This document shows positions 63,147-64,000 of a DNA stretch of 64,000 nucleotides, one piece after another (within the stretch, counting starts at the first letter, position 1; the number at the start of each line of letters is the position of its first letter). Below the pieces are notes generated by a model that did no database searches, was not told the origin of the DNA, and worked only from the letters and a program-made list of their open reading frames with translations. The stretch covers positions 448,001 to 512,000 of the forward strand of contig CAVVTZ010000009.1 in the NCBI GenBank assembly GCA_963751275.1, written 5' to 3'. Origin of the DNA: an uncultured Gemmatimonadaceae bacterium (GTDB lineage: Bacteria > Gemmatimonadota > Gemmatimonadetes > Gemmatimonadales > Gemmatimonadaceae). Position numbers and translations under genes: made by a program.

Positions 63147-64000
63147 ATGAGTATGGACCCGACCTCCCGCCGCGAATTCCTCATCAAGTCCGGCGCCGCC
63201 GCGGCCGCCCTCGGCATCGCCTCCCTCGCCGAGAACGCCGCCGCGCAAACGCTCATTCTGCCCGGCGCGCCCGGCTCCGCCGGCGACGCCTCGATCAAGG
63301 ATCTCGCGCTCCTCGGCGTCGACGCCGCCAAGAAGGCCGGCGCGCAGTACGCCGATGTGCGCATCGCCCAGAACCGCAGCCAGCGCATCTTCACCCGCGA
63401 GCACCGCGTGCAGGCACTCGATGATTCCGAGACGTTCGGCATCGGCGTCCGCGTGCTGGCCAACGGCGCATGGGGCTTCGCCGCCGGCCGCGAGCTCACC
63501 AAGGACCAGGTGCTCGCCCTCGTGAAGCGCGCGATGGCGCAGGCGCAGGCCAACCGCACCGCGCTCGTGCCGGCCGGTCGTGCTCGCGCCCGGACGCCGA
63601 GGCACCAACGGCGCGTGGAAGACGCCCATCGAGACCGATCCCTTCACCGTTCCGATCGTCGACAAGGTCGCGCTGCTGCTCGCCGCGAACGAGGCGGCGA
63701 AGGTGCAGGGCGTCCGCAACGTCACCTCGAGCATGTTCTTCCTGCGCGAGGAGAAGACGCTCATGACGAGCGACGGCACGTACGTCGTGCAGACGATTTA
63801 TCGCACGCAGCCGTCGATGACCGTGACCGCCGTCTCCGAAGACCTCACCGACTTCCAGTCGCGCGCGGCGACCGACGTCGCGCCGATGGGGCTCGGCTAC
63901 GAGCACGTCGTCAGACGCGAAACTCGGCGAGAACGCGCCGCGCTGGGCAGACGACGCCGTGCAGAAACTCTCGGCCAAGCCCGTGGAGGTCGGGCAAGTA
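63147..64000 (+). CDS. Tat-exported TldD/PmbA family protein; partial, with indels
   Basis: SRREFLIK Tat motif; YADVRI, GIGVRVLANGAWGFA and PFTVPIVDKV. Confidence 0.85.
   Translation, partial: MSMDPTSRREFLIKSGAAAAALGIASLAENAAAQTLILPGAPGSAGDASIKDLALLGVDAAKKAGAQYADVRIAQNRSQRIFTREHRVQALDDSETFGIGVRVLANGAWGFAAGRELTKDQVLALVKRAMAQAQANRTALVPAGRARARTPRHQRRVEDAHRDRSLHRSDRRQGRAAARRERGGEGAGRPQRHLEHVLPARGEDAHDERRHVRRADDLSHAAVDDRDRRLRRPHRLPVARGDRRRADGARLRARRQTRNSARTRRAGQTTPCRNSRPSPWRSGK

Overview
This is a very GC-rich, gene-dense bacterial chromosome segment of mostly housekeeping genes. Gene content and order suggest a diderm, probably Gemmatimonadota (inference). It contains a long minus-strand superoperon (yebC-ruvC-ruvA-aminotransferase-ruvB-GWxTD protein-queA-tgt-yajC-def-fmt-thiE-rsmB-PASTA-rpe-tlpA-ybbR-tsaD-lgt), acpS, tyrS, a PBP1A, ilvE, an NtrY/NtrX-like locus, mpg, kbl/tdh and a Tat-TldD. 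Many conserved genes carry single-base frameshifts, densest after about 58.7 kb; these look like long-read indel errors rather than biology. I saw no rRNA, tRNA, CRISPR array, integrase or transposase. The most notable items are: (1) a CRISPR-independent Cas4-like Fe-S nuclease apparently split into two translationally coupled, membrane-anchored halves inside a porX-msbA-lpxL operon; (2) several long intergenic hairpins whose arms are tandem arrays of 7-, 9- or 21-nt units, plus two REPIN/MITE-like elements with shared ends, one a perfect 54-bp inverted repeat; (3) a four-cupredoxin multicopper oxidase with reversed copper-motif order; (4) repeated -10 boxes 5-8 nt before start codons, suggesting leaderless mRNAs; (5) a DnaB paralog lacking its N-terminal domain and a kinase-less PASTA protein at the prkC position. 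All assignments come from reading motifs by eye; no database searches were run.
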